A DNA stretch of 64,000 nt from NCBI GenBank assembly GCA_017499595.2, contig CM039009.1:1-64000 (forward strand). The letters are read 5' to 3'. Below are positions 60,121-64,000 of this stretch, in pieces (the stretch's first letter is position 1; each line of letters begins with the position of its first letter). Below the pieces are notes generated by a model. The model did not search any database, was not told the DNA's origin, and saw only the letters and a program-made list of their open reading frames with translations. A program made the position numbers and the translations under genes. Source of the DNA: Psilocybe cubensis. Its lineage: Eukaryota.

Positions 60121-61819
60121 ATGGATACATTATCACTTTCTCCAGCTTATAGTCAACTGGACATCGGTGAACTCGCGGATGTACTGAGAGTAATCCAATT
60201 TACCAAATATGCCAGGTGTACGTTTATGCAGTTTTCCCGTGTCTGCTTTTCTGATTGGTGTTATCAGTGTCTGGAATATGCCTTCTTGTATATGACTATT
60301 GTTAGTGGATAGTCTTCGGTGCCCATGTTATGTCAATCACTGAGGCTATCTGTGACCTGACCAGTGTTAACATTCGACCTAGAAGTATGGATCCGTTCAA
60401 CGTTGTATGAGAAATGCTGATGTTTTTTCTTAGGTAGCCTTTTTGTGGGTAAGATATTGTCGCCGAATAAGTGTTCCAGGACTTGCATATCACAACTTTG
60501 CGTTAAGAACAGGAAATTTAAATTAGCCAAGATTTTATTTCTCTTGGTAAGATTTCGATAACACAATCAGTGTGAGCACTAATTTTCTCACTTTGGATAG
60601 AATCGCTATTTCATTAATGGAGTGTCTCCGTACGTGACGTGTTTATCGATTTGTCTATGATTGAAAGTTCACTCCGAGGAAGTTTCCACTTATACAGTAT
60701 GTAACAATATTGATTTTATGAACCCGCTCTGACACCTTGCAACATATCAGCCTTCTTCTCTGGAAAAGTAAGCCAAGAAGTACGCATCGAACTGTAATGA
60801 GTGATAGAAAAATGTTAACCCGTTTTTTCAGTTGTAGGTCCATGCATATGCGCTGCAGTTTATTGCCGTTGATACCAATATTGATCCGTGGCCATAATCG
60901 TTGAGTTGTGAGTACCATAAATCAGTGAGGTCCTTAAGGTATGTAAAATGTAACAACTCTACAGGTGTGAAATTTTTGGATTTCGAGGTATGGACAGGTG
61001 CATTAGGGATTATCATACCTCAAGGTTGTCCACATCGCCATAATTTCCGCCCAGCATTGAGGCTGATGTTTGCTTAAAGTCATCCTACAGATTCGTTTAT
61101 ATGTGTTGTTTAACCGTAGTAAACGACTACTGGCATGCTTGATACCCCTGTTCATAATATGCAGCGCCGTGTCAGCAACCATACTGAATGTTACTTTCTA
61201 TCGTCAAAAAGGAGGTCAGTCGAGTACAATTTAGGGTTCGAATTTCACGATAACCTCATTTATTTGTGAAGAACACAACATGCAGGCATTTCAAACCCCT
61301 TCCGGGACATTTTGTATCATCGACAAGGTCGAATCTCACCTGTACACCTTTTGGATTCCATTTATATCCTTCGAGTGCCTCTTGTGCGCTTTGGCTATTA
61401 CAAACAGTATTCGGAACTACAAACTATACGGAGCTCAATATACACTCTATATGGAATTGCACATCATAATTGTGCGCAACTCGGTAATTTATTTTATAGT
61501 GTAAGTCATACTTGATCTTTCTAGATCTTAATAACATTTACGAGTTAAAACCTCAGAATGGGCGGTACATATCTCGCATGCATGCTAGTATTCATTGTAT
61601 CACCAGTGCGTCAATCTCTCCCTTCAATCCATTTCAGAAACAGACTGGGTTTAAAAAACTCTACTGCAGGAATATTTTGACGCCCCGTTAGGCTTTGCAG
61701 TGGGGCTGTCTACAGCTTTATGCAACCGGTTGCTACTCAAAGTAAATGATACGACTGGCACGAGCTTTGAAGACACCACGGAGATTAGTGGCATTCATTT
61801 CATTGATATCTCACCCTGA
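60121..61819 (+). pseudogene. DUF6533-like basidiomycete multi-pass membrane protein, probably degenerate
   Basis: C-terminal exons FWIPFISFECLLCALA..IIVRNSVIYFI|..TALCNRLLL match the family pattern from memory. The middle exons contain stops. Confidence 0.45.
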
Positions 61820-62159
61820 TGTATAGGTCAGCTGTTTGGTTAGCATTGTGCTAGACCGACAGCTCTAATCCAAGTTTATTTACAAAATGGTTACTCTGAC
61901 ATACACACAAACTCAGATCTTTTATTATACCTATTACATACTATGGAGTGGCAACAAGTGTATATTATCATGCTTCATAGGGAAATGACATTAACGAGGG
62001 GATATATGCAAAATCGGTTTTGCCTTTGCCCTCTCCCCCCTCTTCTTCTTGGCTAATAGGGGGGCAGAGCCTATGGCCTAGAAGAAAGATGGTTAGAAAA
62101 TGAAAAGAAGCAAAAACACAGGAAGTGGGGAGGAAAGGTTACAATAATACAAAATGGAT

Positions 62160-62612
62160 TAAGGCTCCAACCGTTTAGTTTCCGTTTAAATTTTATTACA
62201 AACTAAACGGAAACGGTAATAAACAGTTTACAAACGTTTATAAACGTTTGTAAACAGTAAGCTCGAGGGTGGCTACAAGGGCAGGCGTTCAACAACGTTC
62301 AACGCATCATTTGTCCTAATGCGGCCGATTTGCCAAGGAAGATAATAGTCGGCACCTAATTGGTACAAAAATGGGACCAAAACAAGAGTGCAAATGAGTT
62401 AGTTTGGTGTAAAGAATAAAAGATGAATCATTTGATGTAATACGCACCCAATATTGTCCAAAAAAGAGATATACTTTAGCACAAAAATCTGTTACCGTTT
62501 GAACCGTTTATAAACGTTTGTAAACTGTTTAGCAAGGCTCGTAAACTAAACGAAACGGTAAATGGTATATACCGTTTACAAACGATAAACAAACGAAACG
62601 GTTGGAGCCTTA
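62160..62612. mobile_element. Non-autonomous TIR DNA transposon (MITE), hAT-like
   Basis: TIR taaggctccaaccgttt / aaacggttggagcctta, flanking direct repeat aaatggat (8 bp; 10 bp if the ends are trimmed by 1 nt), many subterminal AAACG/CGTTT motifs. Confidence 0.88.
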
Positions 62613-64000
62613 AAATGGATTGTTGACAATGAAAGGAGTAAAGAAGTTTTAAAATTTGAAGAAAAAACTGCTCGCTCACCATATTGTCATCTTGGTCGCT
62701 CCCCTTCTGGGCCGGATCTCTGCTCTTGGTGCTGGAGACCTTTGCTTTTGCAGGGGGGCCCTTCACCCGCTGGGAAGGTTGGGGGTTGTTAGATTACAAC
62801 AACACTTGAGAGGACGTCAGCGAGGAGGTAGTTCAATTACCAGATGAATTGGGCATCCTTGGGGTGTAGCAATAGACAGATAAGCTTGAAGATGTGGAAT
62901 TCAAGCTGGTTATCACAATCTTCAATTCAATTGTCCTACAACGGAGCATAGGGCGTGTAGCTGAAACAGCAGTGATAAGGCGCAGATTGTGTAAATCTAT
63001 AGTAGGGAACCTTTATGAATCATCATCCATTGATATTTTCGTCTGCTTAGTGACCCCCGAGTGTATCTAATTACAGGTATAGAAATTTAATTTTCCTATT
63101 GTTCATGTGTCATAAGATACGAAGCTGCTGTGGTATAGCTCCGTAACGTCTCTCCCACCACATCCTTCTGAATTGTTGGCTAAGAATATACAAACCAATA
63201 CCGGCGCAGAACCACGAGTGTCATAGTAGGAATTCTTTTAATACTCCCAGTCGGAGCCCCAGACCACTCCTCTGGTTGATATGATACCTATATTTACTAA
63301 ATAATAAATACAGGTTCAACAAACCGGATAAAGTTGTCCGCTGGTAGATAGCATGTATCCGGGAATTGTCATTCACGGCAGAGGTGAGCCAAGATCAATC
63401 AGAGGGCATAACCAATGCATTCGACGGCCGATTAATCTTGATCTTCATGCCTGAGCGTGCATGGCATCCCCCTAAAATGTAACGCACCTGGACGATGTAA
63501 AGATCCATATTACACTCCAGCAGACCCCAATGCGTGCAAAAAGACCCATAGTGTAAAACCAGCGTATATGCGAGAGTAAATCCTCCACAAAGTAACAGGA
63601 CACACCAACCTGAAACATCGCGATAAGCATGTATGATGTCCCTCGGGAACGGAACTACTAAAGAGGCAGGGCGTAGGAGCGTTGCTGACAGAGGGTGACT
63701 TGGGCCGTCTTCATTCTCCGTAATACCTAACGAGAAAATTTAGTGCCTGCACAAAAGACTAGCAGGCGAGCTCAGTGAGAAAGTCTATACATGCGTCTAA
63801 AACGTGTGCATATGCGCATATGTGCCCCCCGGTCCCCTGCACCTTCGACAGAAAAATATTGATTAATAGAGACAACGATGAGCGCGTATGCGGTCGTAAC
63901 GGTACTCCCGTTCGTCATTCTCGTTGGACTGCACTGGACAAAAACGAGGTGTCAGCGACAACACAAATTCATGTGTCATGCAACATACCCTCTGCTGTTA

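Noticed and set aside
62900-63720. Possible second membrane-protein pseudogene on the minus strand
   Set aside because: Hydrophobic fragments only; no consistent reading frame could be built.

Overview
Left end of a eukaryotic chromosome, most likely a basidiomycete fungus (inferred from short spliceosomal introns, a NACHT-ankyrin NLR, a DHA1 MFS remnant and a DUF6533-like gene). It begins with (CCCTAAA)n telomere repeats. A ~22 kb head-to-tail array of an endonuclease-less Penelope-like retroelement (Coprina/Athena type) follows: three full 1176-aa RT ORFs, several 5'-truncated copies and short telomeric tracts between units. Each terminal repeat of the element carries a type I hammerhead ribozyme. 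Main finding: in two copies (784-1712 and 15577-16505) a 929-nt group I intron with a complete IC1-type core sits inside the hammerhead catalytic core, between U16.1 and the cleavage nucleotide C17. Splicing would restore the hammerhead exactly, and precisely intron-less copies lie in the same array. The element also appears to make a basic ORF1 protein through a 61-nt GC-AG intron, with tandem -1 slippery sites leading into RT. The remaining ~42 kb is gene-poor subtelomere: a small secreted Cys-rich gene, duplicated and degenerate genes, a frameshifted NACHT-ANK NLR with an amyloid-like N-terminus, and a MITE.
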